A stretch of 64,000 nucleotides of DNA from a virus (IMGVR_UViG_3300011006_000010:54569-118568), one strand, 5' to 3'. Counted from the stretch's first letter, positions 38,440 through 49,523 are shown. Notes: a model not told the origin generated them from the letters alone. Made by a program: numbers and translations.

Positions 38440-40035
38440 CTATTTAATCTTAAATTCGTTTGTAATTACTTGAAGATAATGTTTTCTTCCAAAATATCCT
38501 GACTGCAATGTGCCAATGCAATACAAGTCATCTCCAAACAATTCTGCATCTTGAGCAAATGCCTTCGTTTTATCTGACACATTCCAAATAATAAGTCTAA
38601 CTTCGTCTTTCTGAACTGGAGAAAGATATAAATGATTGCCTTTCCCCATTTCTCCAACAACGAAATCTGAAATATTTACTTTGAATTTTAAACTTTCAAA
38701 ACCGTGTCCTGAAATATTGTCAGCTTTGCTGACAATTTTAATCAAATCATCACTCAACTCTAATGCGTCAATTTCGGCATCGTAGCTTTCTTCAGTTGAG
38801 TATTGATACTCAACGAAGCATTCTTCTAGATAATTTTTAAAATCTTGAATGTCATCTTTTGAAATGCTTCTTACACCAAAGCTATTTGGATGTCCTAAAA
38901 AATATCCGAATCCAGAATCCTCACATATCTGTCTCATGTCCTCTGTATTAATACTTCTGCACGATCCTGAGAAATATCCGTTTTTTTCTTTTAGGACAAA
39001 TACTGGTCTTTGGTATTCTCCAAGAACCTTGTTTGCAATTAAACCACTTAGTCCAGAATCCTGGTCATCAATCATAACGAATATGATCTTGTCATCCTTT
39101 TGTTCTTCAAGTAGTTCTTTATTGGCTTTCATTACATTAGAAACAATTGCGTCTTGCTTTTTCTTAAGACCATTAAATCCAGAAATATATTTCTTAATTT
39201 CCTGATCATTGTCTGTCAAGAAAGCTTCGACAGCCATTTTATTTTCATTCATTCGCTGACATGCATTAATCTTCGGAGCAACAGAGAACGATACTGCACG
39301 AGAGTTAAATCCAAATCCACCAACAATTTTTTTTAGAGTTTTATTTTTTAAATGGTCTAGTCCGTCTTTAATAAGAAATCTGTTTTCCATATATTTTTCA
39401 GAAACATCCATCATGTCTCCAAGCAAAGCACAGCAACAAAGATCTGCATATTGTTCTGCAAAATTAGTTTTCATTTCACTGTCTATATAATTTATAAATT
39501 TATAAACGACACCGCCACCTGAAAGCTGATCGTTTTCCGTTCCATAAGAACTTACTAATGTAATATAGTCTTCGTATGGTTCATCTCCAATATGATGGTG
39601 ATCAAGAACAACAATCTCTTTGCCCATTTCATATAATTTTTTATAATTATCTATTACCGAATCTAATGAATCTACGATAATGGCAACATCAATATCTGTG
39701 CAAAATTCCACAAAACCTTTTGTCGTTCCGTGTATTTTGCCTTCGTTAATGTAATATGAAACATCGGCTCCCATATCTTTTAAATATCTGGTCATGATTG
39801 TTCCAGACATAATTCCATCTGTGTCAACGTCATACAATACACCGAATCTTTTCTTATTTGCTACGCCATTGATCACAATATCACTAGCTTCTTTGATGTT
39901 AGGAAGAACGTCAAAGGGCAAAAGGTCTTCTTCCATAGGCTCTAAGAATGCATCGATATTTTTAATCCCCCTGTTTTTCAAAATTGTATTAACAATTTTT
40001 CTAGGCTCCATCCCAGAAACATCCAAGCTAACCAT
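38440..40035 (-). CDS. RecJ-like DHH exonuclease
   Basis: 'DVDTDG','DHH','GDMMD','PKINA..R','GLIAN','SGSCRS','GHPNSFG'. Confidence 0.88.
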   Translation of the reverse strand: MVSLDVSGMEPRKIVNTILKNRGIKNIDAFLEPMEEDLLPFDVLPNIKEASDIVINGVANKKRFGVLYDVDTDGIMSGTIMTRYLKDMGADVSYYINEGKIHGTTKGFVEFCTDIDVAIIVDSLDSVIDNYKKLYEMGKEIVVLDHHHIGDEPYEDYITLVSSYGTENDQLSGGGVVYKFINYIDSEMKTNFAEQYADLCCCALLGDMMDVSEKYMENRFLIKDGLDHLKNKTLKKIVGGFGFNSRAVSFSVAPKINACQRMNENKMAVEAFLTDNDQEIKKYISGFNGLKKKQDAIVSNVMKANKELLEEQKDDKIIFVMIDDQDSGLSGLIANKVLGEYQRPVFVLKEKNGYFSGSCRSINTEDMRQICEDSGFGYFLGHPNSFGVRSISKDDIQDFKNYLEECFVEYQYSTEESYDAEIDALELSDDLIKIVSKADNISGHGFESLKFKVNISDFVVGEMGKGNHLYLSPVQKDEVRLIIWNVSDKTKAFAQDAELFGDDLYCIGTLQSGYFGRKHYLQVITNEFKIK

Positions 40036-41038
40036 CTCCTTTATATGGTATTAATTTTTCATTGATTATTTTTTTGAACTCAATTTCTCCAAGATCAGTG
40101 GGTGAAATTTTGTTTGAATAATCAGAATCTTCCCAGTAATAAATATTGAATACCTTCATAATCCCACAAACTTTTAATAATCCCATATTCCTTTCGACAG
40201 TTTCATAATTCAGCCCTTCGTCCATCAGAAATATATAATTCTTTGCATTCAACGCCAGCAGCATTGAAGCTTGTTTTCTAGAAAGACTTGAACTGCCAAG
40301 CGCAACTATATTTCTTACTCCGAATGTGAATGCCTGCATACAAGATTTTTCACTTTCGACTATGTATACAGATTCGACACTTTCTAAATACTGATAACTC
40401 TCAAAATAGTTATAAAGCGTAGAACTCATTTGACACGGTTCTATGTAATAGTATTTCTGCTCATCTTCTCTAGGAGTTCTATTTATCCTGGCTTTCAAAC
40501 CAATGATTTCCCCTGTTTCATTTCTTATCGGAAATACGATTGCCTGACTTTCTACGTCGAAACATACTTTATAAAATTTCTGAGCCAGAATTGATATTCC
40601 GTCTCTCAAAAATCTTAGATTAGCATCATGAGAATATTTATCTAAAACGCTTTCATCTAGAATGCGACATCTATTTTCTTTTTTAACTCTTAAAGCACCA
40701 TAGAAACTTCTAAAGCCACTTTGTTTATTTATATATGTATAATCATCAATGCCAAGAACATCTTTAGCAGCATTAATAACATCTTTAAAATCAACATGTC
40801 TTTGCAGTATTACAAAACTAAATATGTCTCTGATCTGATTTCTTGCATAATCATGTACGAGTAAAGCATCATTATTTTTTAATCTTATGACAATGCTCTT
40901 AGGAGACGAAGTGATGTCACGCCCAAACGATATGTATGTTTCGTGCACTTTGATATTCGCATATTCAAATTTTTCTAAATATTCGACAATCAGCTTAGGA
41001 TTTTCTAAGAATTTAACCTTCATATCCTCAAGCATCAC
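40028..41038 (-). CDS. DNA primase (TOPRIM)
   Basis: 'IVFPIRN..G.IIG.KAR','LYN','IVESEKS','ALG','MDEG'. Confidence 0.8.
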   Translation of the reverse strand: MMLEDMKVKFLENPKLIVEYLEKFEYANIKVHETYISFGRDITSSPKSIVIRLKNNDALLVHDYARNQIRDIFSFVILQRHVDFKDVINAAKDVLGIDDYTYINKQSGFRSFYGALRVKKENRCRILDESVLDKYSHDANLRFLRDGISILAQKFYKVCFDVESQAIVFPIRNETGEIIGLKARINRTPREDEQKYYYIEPCQMSSTLYNYFESYQYLESVESVYIVESEKSCMQAFTFGVRNIVALGSSSLSRKQASMLLALNAKNYIFLMDEGLNYETVERNMGLLKVCGIMKVFNIYYWEDSDYSNKISPTDLGEIEFKKIINEKLIPYKGDG

Positions 41039-41049
41039 ATCACCTCAAT

Positions 41050-42600
41050 TTAAATATTTCCATGTTTAGGTCTGCAATAAGCTACCTCTCTAAATAGAGC
41101 ATGTGCTGGATCAAACTCAAGAAGAAAACCTTCTCCATTGCCACTATCATTTCCTGACCTGTTTTTATCTATAAACATCACACAATAGTTTTTTGTCATA
41201 TCGGCGTCAAAATCCTCTTCTATCCATTTGCCATTGTTATATTTTCTCCTAAAAGGATGACAGAAATTTTTAGATTTTGGATCAAGCTCAACATCATAAG
41301 CTCGCCTGATCATCAGTAGCAAGTTGCAGATTTCCTTTGTCGCCTTTGAATTCGACAATAATCCAGCATGCAAGTACAAGGTGCCTTTATAGGCTTCGCC
41401 AATTTGCTGCGTCATAAGAACAGCAATGTCATATTTCCTGGCAAGATTAAACAATGTCCTGCTGTCTTTTACTAATGACAAATCTTGTCTTTGCCCAACA
41501 AAGCTGGTTTCTGCAAGTTTAAATGTGTCAAAGATGGCGAGCGTTACACCTTTTTTCAAAACATACTCTCTAATTTTCTTAGACACCACTTCCATATCTG
41601 TGCAGTTCATGCCTATAAAGAATATCTTCCCCCTAAAATATTCCTTATACCACGCTTTTGCTAATTTCATCTGTCGCCTATCTTCGTCATTAATATATCC
41701 ACCCTCAAGCTTTGTTCTTGTGAGATTGTAATATCTGCAATATTTTGCTAAAATCCAAACCATCATTTTGGATTTAAACACACTCATTTCTTCTTCGTTG
41801 GAAATCACAAGCACCTTTTCCCCATTCATTGCCTGTGCGAAGATTAAAGAGATCAGATATGTAGACTTCCCTACACCAGAAAATCCAGATATGATTCCTA
41901 AATTTTTCTTGTGTATCCCCATGGTTTGCCTAGAAAGATATGGAAACACATTTATTCTGTCTCCATTGACATCTACACCACATGATTCATACGGAACTCC
42001 AGCAGCTTCGCCTTCTTCTAATCCCCTCAACCATTTATCATCAAATTCAAGTTCATTTTCTTCTATGATCTTGCTTGATTGTCCATTGTCAATTGCAGAA
42101 AGCGTCAGCTGATAAAAGTCGATCACCTGTTCAGATGTCATTTTTCTGAAAATTTCTATTGGCAATATTCTTTCGCCATCATAATTTACTTTTTTAAGAA
42201 CATTAAATCCTGCATCATGCAATTGGAGAATAATATTTTCTCTATATAGTTTATCAAGATAACTGTCAAAGTTTTGTTGATGAACTGACCCCATCATCAT
42301 TTCAAGAGTTGAATAGCCACCCAGTTCTTCAAGCCTTTTCATAACTTCATCAGATGAATTGGAGATCAAAGAAACTTCATCGATGGTATTAAGATGTTTA
42401 TTCCTTAAATCTCTTAAAAGGTTAAATAAAAACCGTCCATCCTTAGTCAGAAAGCTATTTTTATCAAGTTTAACTTCATCTATTAATAAGATGTCGCTTA
42501 ATAAACAAGCTATTACATTTCCTTCCGTAGATATTCGGTCTTGCAAGAGGACTGGTGAGTATCTCTCAGCCACGCCTCCAATAAACATATTTTTATCCAT
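41050..42600 (-). CDS. DnaB-like replicative helicase
   Basis: Walker A 'GFSGVGKST','SNEE','IFDTFK','DKNRSG'. Confidence 0.88.
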   Translation of the reverse strand: MDKNMFIGGVAERYSPVLLQDRISTEGNVIACLLSDILLIDEVKLDKNSFLTKDGRFLFNLLRDLRNKHLNTIDEVSLISNSSDEVMKRLEELGGYSTLEMMMGSVHQQNFDSYLDKLYRENIILQLHDAGFNVLKKVNYDGERILPIEIFRKMTSEQVIDFYQLTLSAIDNGQSSKIIEENELEFDDKWLRGLEEGEAAGVPYESCGVDVNGDRINVFPYLSRQTMGIHKKNLGIISGFSGVGKSTYLISLIFAQAMNGEKVLVISNEEEMSVFKSKMMVWILAKYCRYYNLTRTKLEGGYINDEDRRQMKLAKAWYKEYFRGKIFFIGMNCTDMEVVSKKIREYVLKKGVTLAIFDTFKLAETSFVGQRQDLSLVKDSRTLFNLARKYDIAVLMTQQIGEAYKGTLYLHAGLLSNSKATKEICNLLLMIRRAYDVELDPKSKNFCHPFRRKYNNGKWIEEDFDADMTKNYCVMFIDKNRSGNDSGNGEGFLLEFDPAHALFREVAYCRPKHGNI

Positions 42601-43063
42601 CTTTGACTCCTCCTAGAATTTCTTCCAGTCCGATTCGTTTTTTCTTAGGTTTGAACTTCATGTCAGGAAGAATTTCTACCTCCTTCCTGACAGTCTGTTC
42701 CTTTGGCTCATAATCATCTAATTGATTTTTATAGATTGTAGCCATATATCTTATTCTCCCGTAAGAACTTCCGTTTGAACGAGAGTTGTACATTTGTAAT
42801 TTTTCCAAATTGTCTTTTGTAAATGACAACATTTTGGAATAGCCATGCACTTTTGCAATTGCATCAAATTCTGTGTATACGGCTGTGCTTGTCAATTGCT
42901 TCCCAAATACATCCCATAAAGCTTCGTAGAACATGTCTTTGTCACTTTTTGAAATGGAATGTTCATAAGAGCAATAGTATTTATTGGCTTTTCCAACTTT
43001 GACTAGATATGCTTCATCTCTATTAATTTTCTTTCCGCAGAATCTGCATTTGACCAATGCCAT
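42593..43063 (-). CDS. Zinc-finger protein adjacent to the helicase (possible loader)
   Basis: 'VKCRFCG...YYCS'. Confidence 0.5.
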   Translation of the reverse strand: MALVKCRFCGKKINRDEAYLVKVGKANKYYCSYEHSISKSDKDMFYEALWDVFGKQLTSTAVYTEFDAIAKVHGYSKMLSFTKDNLEKLQMYNSRSNGSSYGRIRYMATIYKNQLDDYEPKEQTVRKEVEILPDMKFKPKKKRIGLEEILGGVKDG

Positions 43064-44197
43064 TTAATCACCGAGGATATTCCATGCTTCTAAACGCTGA
43101 GCGTCAGATAAAGTTCTAACAGATCCGATCTTTTTTACGTACTTTGTAAATTCTGATTTCACATCAGCATCTTTGCAGGCTTTATATTTTGCCTGTAATT
43201 CACTTACGCTTGGTACTGACATCTCTTCTTCGCCAAATAATTCATCATCAGAATTATCTAACTCTTCAACTTTTTCTTCTGGTTCAGGAGCAGGAGTTGC
43301 TTTTTTCTTAGTCCTTTTTGGCTTGTCAGTTTCATCAGAACCTGGGTTCTTTGATTTTGCAATTGCATCAGTCAATGCCTTATATAATTCGTCTGGGTCA
43401 AGAGGGATTTCATCAACAATGTGTTCAAATCTTGACTTCGCATCAATACTATATGAGTCATCTCTGAATACGATTTTACGATTTTCTTTTTTAATTTTTG
43501 AACGCTTAATGTCCTCTTTTGTGACGATGTTTCTTCTGCCTGTTGATTCCATTTCAATCGTTCTATCAATACAAGCGATGCCTACAATATGTGCCTTGGT
43601 TTTAATAGCCTCAAAAATTCTCTGAGACAAATCAGTAGAAAGAATTGAATATTCTGACTGGCTGATAGGATCAACTTTATTTCTGATTTTTACATGACCA
43701 CAGAACCAAACTCCAACACCAACAGCTTTAAGCTGCCACACACGTTCAAGAATATATTCAGCAATCTTATCTTCGCCTGCACCAAAGCCACCCCAGGCAG
43801 CATTCAATGTTAATGCTTTCTTGAAATCCTTTGTGCCTCTATGAGTTTTGTTATACTGATCAATGACGTAAGGAACATGAATAGACACAAGCTGATCAAG
43901 GGTGTCCATAATAATCAATTTCAAATCTGGGTAATCAGTTTTCTTGTGTTCAACGATGTCTGTGATAACCTCATCAAATTTTTCATAATCTTCACAAGTT
44001 TCAGCAGTATAGCCATCTAATGCATCCATGCCCTGCTCTTTACCAATATCGAGGATGATATATCCATCTTCGCCGTAATACTTCTCACAGAACTTAGCCA
44101 TTGTTGATGTTTTACCAACGCCAGACTCACCAAGCAAGATAAACGTTTTATCTTCTAATTTATCTGTGACCTTAGTTCTTCTTCCAAATTTTCCCAT
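43064..44197 (-). CDS. AAA_24 / Sak4-like ATPase
   Basis: 'GESGVGKTS','MDTLD','GHVK','AKSRF'. Confidence 0.75.
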   Translation of the reverse strand: MGKFGRRTKVTDKLEDKTFILLGESGVGKTSTMAKFCEKYYGEDGYIILDIGKEQGMDALDGYTAETCEDYEKFDEVITDIVEHKKTDYPDLKLIIMDTLDQLVSIHVPYVIDQYNKTHRGTKDFKKALTLNAAWGGFGAGEDKIAEYILERVWQLKAVGVGVWFCGHVKIRNKVDPISQSEYSILSTDLSQRIFEAIKTKAHIVGIACIDRTIEMESTGRRNIVTKEDIKRSKIKKENRKIVFRDDSYSIDAKSRFEHIVDEIPLDPDELYKALTDAIAKSKNPGSDETDKPKRTKKKATPAPEPEEKVEELDNSDDELFGEEEMSVPSVSELQAKYKACKDADVKSEFTKYVKKIGSVRTLSDAQRLEAWNILGD

Positions 44198-44214
44198 TTT
44201 AACTCCCCCTTTTC

Positions 44215-45384
44215 CTAAGCGAACAGATCATCATCTTCGTCTTCAAAAATGTTGTCATTAATTTCTTCTGATTCTTCCTCTGCTTTAGCCAAGAAGTATG
44301 AAATGTCTAACATTTCTGAAGTAATAATGGTTTCTTTTCTGCCGGTTGTATAACCTCTTGAAGGTTTTACAAATACATTCTGAGTAACTCTATCTCCCCA
44401 GATTGTTGTACCCATATCTCTATAGATATCATTCCAAGTAATTTCTCCAAAGAGCAATGAATCTCTCTGTTCTTCGGTCAAATCATCTTCTGTTAATTCA
44501 ACACGCTGACTTCCGTTTAATAAGTTTACCAGCATGCCAAGCTCGAACACTTCTTCGCCTTTGATGTTTTTGAATCTTGAAATCTGGTGTTCAACTTTTT
44601 TCTTTTCAAGTTCATCATCGTCCCTTGCAGTTTTTACAACGATTGTATATGGAGCATAAACATGTTCTTTTAAATTTCTGTCATAAGTTTCAACGGCGCC
44701 GTTAACTGTATAATAACCTTCGTTAACTGTTGATTCGTCTAATGAATCTTTGTCGTAATATAATTCCAGAACAGCTTCTGCACTTGGTTCGCGTTCTGTA
44801 AGATAGATTCTGTTTGGTTCATATGTCTGATACCAACGACCATTTGTCGGATTGTAATTAAATGTAAGGTTGCCAGCAATATAGAAATTCGATTTTTCGT
44901 ATTTCCCTGAATCAATAATCTTTTTAAACATTTCAATAAAATCCCAAGCTGCAAGGTATTCTCTGCGTTTCTTTCTTTCCTTGGCTAAGGCTTCATCGAT
45001 ATCTTCTGCAGTTTTATTAGCAATCCAATCTAAATATTTAGGATCGATATCCGTATTGCCTTTTTTATATTTTTCAATGGCGTCAATAAAATCTCTGTTT
45101 GATAAATCAATAACGAATTTATTCCAATTCGCAACTCTATCAATTTCTTTTGACGAAAATCTATTATCCCAGTCAACCGTAATGCTGTCGCCACCCTTCC
45201 CGAAAAGATAGATTTTATCCATCTTTCCACCTCTAGAACGAAGCATAAAATTATTGACTCCACAACGCATGTTGAACATCAGAGATCTCTGCGTCCATGT
45301 TCCATAGTCTTTTTCTTCATAAAATTTCATTTTTTCAGTGTCTTTAACTGGCGACACCAGACCCGACATTGTGAATCTAATCAT
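44215..45384 (-). CDS. Probable single-stranded DNA-binding protein
   Basis: Position in the replication cluster; acidic C-terminus 'EDEDDDLFA'. Confidence 0.5.
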   Translation of the reverse strand: MIRFTMSGLVSPVKDTEKMKFYEEKDYGTWTQRSLMFNMRCGVNNFMLRSRGGKMDKIYLFGKGGDSITVDWDNRFSSKEIDRVANWNKFVIDLSNRDFIDAIEKYKKGNTDIDPKYLDWIANKTAEDIDEALAKERKKRREYLAAWDFIEMFKKIIDSGKYEKSNFYIAGNLTFNYNPTNGRWYQTYEPNRIYLTEREPSAEAVLELYYDKDSLDESTVNEGYYTVNGAVETYDRNLKEHVYAPYTIVVKTARDDDELEKKKVEHQISRFKNIKGEEVFELGMLVNLLNGSQRVELTEDDLTEEQRDSLLFGEITWNDIYRDMGTTIWGDRVTQNVFVKPSRGYTTGRKETIITSEMLDISYFLAKAEEESEEINDNIFEDEDDDLFA

Positions 45385-45442
45385 CTGTTTTCTCCTTGGT
45401 AATGTTGTTCGTATTAAAGTGTAATTTGTACACTTATAGATT

Positions 45443-45649
45443 TTAAAAATAATCGTCTTGCTTTTCTATTTTTTTCACATCGACGATTCCTATCGTTTTG
45501 CAATTTGGGCAACTGACAAGCTTCAGGTCGTAGCTCATGAGTGAATAATCCCACCACGTATCTGCTTGTCTGTATCTAAATTCCTTCTTGCATTTTTTAC
45601 ATGTGATAGAATCTAAATCACACAATAAATAATCCCCCTTTGATGCCAT
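45443..45649 (-). CDS. Small zinc-ribbon protein
   Basis: 'CKKC','CPNC'; start MASKG after GAGGAG. Confidence 0.55.
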   Translation of the reverse strand: MASKGDYLLCDLDSITCKKCKKEFRYRQADTWWDYSLMSYDLKLVSCPNCKTIGIVDVKKIEKQDDYF

Positions 45650-45713
45650 GTTATCTCCTCTGAGGATATAATAGCACAAAGGTGTAATTTGTACAAGTCC
45701 AAATTATACAATT

Positions 45714-46067
45714 TTAGTAAAAACTGATCAGAAGCTCGCAATTGTCGCCCTTGAATTTCAAATTGTCAGTTTCCAATCCAGAAATTTCTTTTTCTGAGAA
45801 CAGCTCAGTTTCTGAGAAGAGACCAAACGAAGTTGACGAACAGAACTTTCCTGTCTCAATAAAAACCTTATCAGCTTCTTTGTCGATATAGAAAGATACT
45901 CCGGCATCAATATCATCTACATCAAAATCGACAAAAGAAGAGTACCCGTCATACATTTTTACTTTTAACGCAACGTGTTCTTTCTCTTTAGAAATTTCAT
46001 TTTCAAAAAAATCTTCAAAAGCATTAATAAACGACATAAACATATTCCCCCTATAATTCATTCCCAA
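45714..46067 (-). CDS. Hypothetical protein
   Basis: ORF in operon context. Confidence 0.45.
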   Translation of the reverse strand: MGMNYRGNMFMSFINAFEDFFENEISKEKEHVALKVKMYDGYSSFVDFDVDDIDAGVSFYIDKEADKVFIETGKFCSSTSFGLFSETELFSEKEISGLETDNLKFKGDNCELLISFY

Positions 46068-46100
46068 GGTGGGGATTATTCACCCACCTTGTTATACATC

Positions 46101-47021
46101 CTATTCTAAAAAATCACGATACTTCTTCAAAAATAATCCTTTACGATAGAAGCTCATTCCGAACTGATTACGCACCAAAGGAGCTGTTGATCTTTCAATC
46201 GCAAAATCCAAAGGTGTAACACCATTATATTCTGCAGCGCACCACATGAACCAAATTTTCCCGGATTCCTGCAGATCAACAACGGAAATGTCTTTTAACT
46301 TTGTATCTTTTGTAACGTAGTTATAATGAGTTCTCAGTTTATGACTTGCGTCATCTGGATCAAGAGTCCTAATGTCATCATTCAAACTTCTATATTTATA
46401 GATATAATCACTTGGTTCATATGCATATTCAAAGCCAAGTGTATTTGTATATCCTCTTTCCGACATGCATTTTTTAATAATCCCTGCAAGCTTATCAGAG
46501 ATATGAACGAAACCATCAAGACGAGACTCAATGTCAACTGTGTTGATAGTGAAATTAACATTCTGAATTTTAATATTTAATAAATCCCGAAAGTTATTGC
46601 CCTTCAATCCTTCAAAGATTCCAAGAACAAGAAGCTGATCAGAATAATTAATAAAACTATCTACAACCTCAAGAACATCTTCTCTTGTCACGATCTTCTT
46701 ATTCCTATCTTCAATATTCACAAAACGTCTAAGTACATCTCTGGTGTACTCAGCAAAACTACTGTTGCCATCAGTTGCCCAATTCGCATATCTATTGTAC
46801 TGAGAGTTTTTAACGATAAGAACATTCAACGTTTTAAACTTCTTGTCATCAGAATACATCTTGCTGATTTCTTCACTAGTAAATTCTGAAACATCTTTCC
46901 CAAATTCAATTTCAAATTCTTCGCAATAATCAAAGAGGTATTCAAAATATTTAAAACTTCTAGTATCGCCATTCTTGTGGCAGTATTCTTCGTACTCTAA
47001 TTTTTTATCTACGTTATACAT
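46101..47021 (-). CDS. MrpR/YopR-like lysogeny repressor (degenerate tyrosine-recombinase fold)
   Basis: 'MYN..K','FE...GKDVSEFT.EEI','Y..WA','LGIFEGLKG....LLNIK','LQESG'; no HxxR/Y catalytic set. Confidence 0.6.
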   Translation of the reverse strand: MYNVDKKLEYEEYCHKNGDTRSFKYFEYLFDYCEEFEIEFGKDVSEFTSEEISKMYSDDKKFKTLNVLIVKNSQYNRYANWATDGNSSFAEYTRDVLRRFVNIEDRNKKIVTREDVLEVVDSFINYSDQLLVLGIFEGLKGNNFRDLLNIKIQNVNFTINTVDIESRLDGFVHISDKLAGIIKKCMSERGYTNTLGFEYAYEPSDYIYKYRSLNDDIRTLDPDDASHKLRTHYNYVTKDTKLKDISVVDLQESGKIWFMWCAAEYNGVTPLDFAIERSTAPLVRNQFGMSFYRKGLFLKKYRDFLE

Positions 47022-47070
47022 AATTAAATCTCCTTTACTTATTCATTTTAACAAGGAGGAAATATTGATA

Positions 47071-47469
47071 TTAAAAGAAGACCATAAACCTTTTCAAACC
47101 ACCATATTCAAACTGATAGTTTTCAACATTATCAAGCCAATTGTTATAATCTCCCGTCAATTCTTCCAACCAATCTAAATCAATTTCTTCCTCAATATCC
47201 TCATCACCATTAAACAGCAAATCCTCAAAAGAATCAAACAGATTGTCAAATTCGTCTTTTAAATTTTCCAATTCATCATATTTTTCTTCCCATTTTTCAT
47301 AGAAGAACTCATTTTCGCCGTCAGGTTCCTGCATTTCAACGTCTCCACATCTTTCACTAATGGCATCTTTGATTACTTCCAACTTATCAAGTGCAGATGT
47401 GCGTAACTCAGGTTCCTTAAATTCATCTAAATCAATTGCATAAATTGCTTCCATAAAACTTAATTTCAT
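47071..47469 (-). CDS. Highly acidic protein
   Basis: 42 D/E versus 11 K/R in 132 aa (manual count). Confidence 0.55.
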   Translation of the reverse strand: MKLSFMEAIYAIDLDEFKEPELRTSALDKLEVIKDAISERCGDVEMQEPDGENEFFYEKWEEKYDELENLKDEFDNLFDSFEDLLFNGDEDIEEEIDLDWLEELTGDYNNWLDNVENYQFEYGGLKRFMVFF

Positions 47470-47484
47470 TTTTCTTCTCCCCCC

Positions 47485-48456
47485 TTATCTTAATAAAAGA
47501 TCTCCCATAATACTACTTGAAGTTCTTAAACGCTCTTCTTTGGCACCAATATATCTCATTGTGGTAGTTACGCTTGCATGGTTGAGAGTTTCCTGTACAA
47601 CTTTTAAATCGTGTGTATTGTCATATAAAATCGTTGCACAGGTACTTCTTAATTTATGAGCAGTAATATGCTTTTCAATATTGTATGTATATTTTTTCAA
47701 CATGTTACCGATAGCATCTGGCGAAATCCTATTTCTGCTTTTAGAAATAAATAAGGCATTGGTTTTAGCTTTATCGTCTTTCTTTTTATTCAGAATCTCA
47801 GTTCTATCTGGCAAATAATCCTTGATGACGTCTACCATCTCTTCGGTGAGAAAAATCGTTCTTGTCTTATTTCCTTTTTCTGTAATTGTCAATTCTCCAT
47901 TTTCAAAATTCAAATCTTCAAGATTGATTTCTCTAATTGAACCAACACGCAAACCACTTGTTAAAGCTAACATTACAATTGCATAATCGCGTCTTTTAAT
48001 ATTGGCGTTCCTGCTTTTCTGATAATCGCTGCCAACTCCATTGAAGATATTGTTTTTTACAGTCTGGATTTCTTCAAGCGTCAGACTAGTGATCTTATGT
48101 TCGTTTCTGTCTTTAGGTGCATCCATTAATTCACATAAATTTCTATCAATATGTCCACTCACAACTAAATAATGATAGAACTTATTTACTTCATAATATT
48201 TCATGCGATTTCTATTGATAAATCTCATAAGATCTTTTAAAGTTACTTTCCCAACATCTTCTAATTTAGAATACGAAACATCAGTTTCATTTTTGATATA
48301 TTTAAGATACTTATATGCACCTCTAATATATTCATTTCTTGTAAGGTAACTATTTTCTGACATATATTCCGAATAATCTTTTAATTCAGGATATTCTTCA
48401 AATAAAATTTTCAATCCCTCTTCAACTTTAATTTCAGATTCTAATCTGCCCTTCAT
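47485..48456 (-). CDS. XerC/D-like tyrosine recombinase
   Basis: 'RDYAI','SGLRVG','EKGNK','HKLRST.AT','LNH','TMRY'. Confidence 0.88.
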   Translation of the reverse strand: MKGRLESEIKVEEGLKILFEEYPELKDYSEYMSENSYLTRNEYIRGAYKYLKYIKNETDVSYSKLEDVGKVTLKDLMRFINRNRMKYYEVNKFYHYLVVSGHIDRNLCELMDAPKDRNEHKITSLTLEEIQTVKNNIFNGVGSDYQKSRNANIKRRDYAIVMLALTSGLRVGSIREINLEDLNFENGELTITEKGNKTRTIFLTEEMVDVIKDYLPDRTEILNKKKDDKAKTNALFISKSRNRISPDAIGNMLKKYTYNIEKHITAHKLRSTCATILYDNTHDLKVVQETLNHASVTTTMRYIGAKEERLRTSSSIMGDLLLR

Positions 48457-48473
48457 GATAATACCTCTCCCTA

Positions 48474-49523
48474 TTATTCTTCGTTTTCTGTTTTTTCATA
48501 AATTCTATATAACTCAATGGTTCCTGGTTTGTCCCAATCAACTTCTCTTGGAGGTTTGTACAGACCATCATCATCAATAAACCGTAAGAATTCTTCTTTG
48601 CCACAATCTCTAATATAGTCTGCTACTGGCATTTTCCTTGGTATAAAAATGCGTTTATAAAAATCATAATTTCTAAACTTGTCAAACATAATTATCGCGT
48701 CTGTAAGGTTATATTCCTTAGTTCCTATAACATTATCAAACAATTCATTGGGTGGCTCTGGACAAGACGAATATTTATCTTCTCCGATTTTAGAATCGTT
48801 GTACCAAATATATTTAACGCCACAATACGGCTCTTTGCTTTTCATATATTTAACGTATCCAGATTTAACTCCGTACTTAATTTCAAACTCCTTACTTAAT
48901 TTGCAAGTTTTAGAAATGCCGTATTTATCAGTATATCTTCCACAGTCATAATTATTTTGTCTTTTTAAATATCCATATAATATCTTGTTTAGCTCACCGA
49001 TATCATCAATTTTTGTATATTCCATAAATCTTAACAATAACAAATAATAACTGTTTTCCTTGTTGTATGTTTCTGCGTCGATCTCAGTTACATCTCTTTC
49101 CTGCTGACACCCTCTACACCAATGCGTTTCTATTGGCAACGGAGTCTGAGGATATTCTTTCCAAATCAAAACCTTCATCACATGTCCACAATGATTACAT
49201 CTATAATATCTGAAGTCAAAATTTCTACGCATTTTCAAATGATTTCCGTCTAATGCATCTTTAAATACTAACTGGTCACCATGACACGTCTTATAATAGC
49301 CTGGGTTTCTATCAATTAAATTTAATTCATCAATAGTCAAATGTTTATTTGCCTCGATGCTTTCTTTTCTTGCTCTTGATCCGTTTCTGTCTGGATACAA
49401 ATGCTGATTGTATCTATCAACGCCAAACATAATGCATGTCCACAAAATCGTACCACCAAATCCAAAAATCAAAGAAGGCAACAATCCAATAAGCCAAATT
49501 CTAAAACATTCAAATGAAGTCAT
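48474..49523 (-). CDS. Membrane-anchored protein with zinc ribbon
   Basis: N-terminal TM; 'CNHC','CRGC'. Confidence 0.55.
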   Translation of the reverse strand: MTSFECFRIWLIGLLPSLIFGFGGTILWTCIMFGVDRYNQHLYPDRNGSRARKESIEANKHLTIDELNLIDRNPGYYKTCHGDQLVFKDALDGNHLKMRRNFDFRYYRCNHCGHVMKVLIWKEYPQTPLPIETHWCRGCQQERDVTEIDAETYNKENSYYLLLLRFMEYTKIDDIGELNKILYGYLKRQNNYDCGRYTDKYGISKTCKLSKEFEIKYGVKSGYVKYMKSKEPYCGVKYIWYNDSKIGEDKYSSCPEPPNELFDNVIGTKEYNLTDAIIMFDKFRNYDFYKRIFIPRKMPVADYIRDCGKEEFLRFIDDDGLYKPPREVDWDKPGTIELYRIYEKTENEE

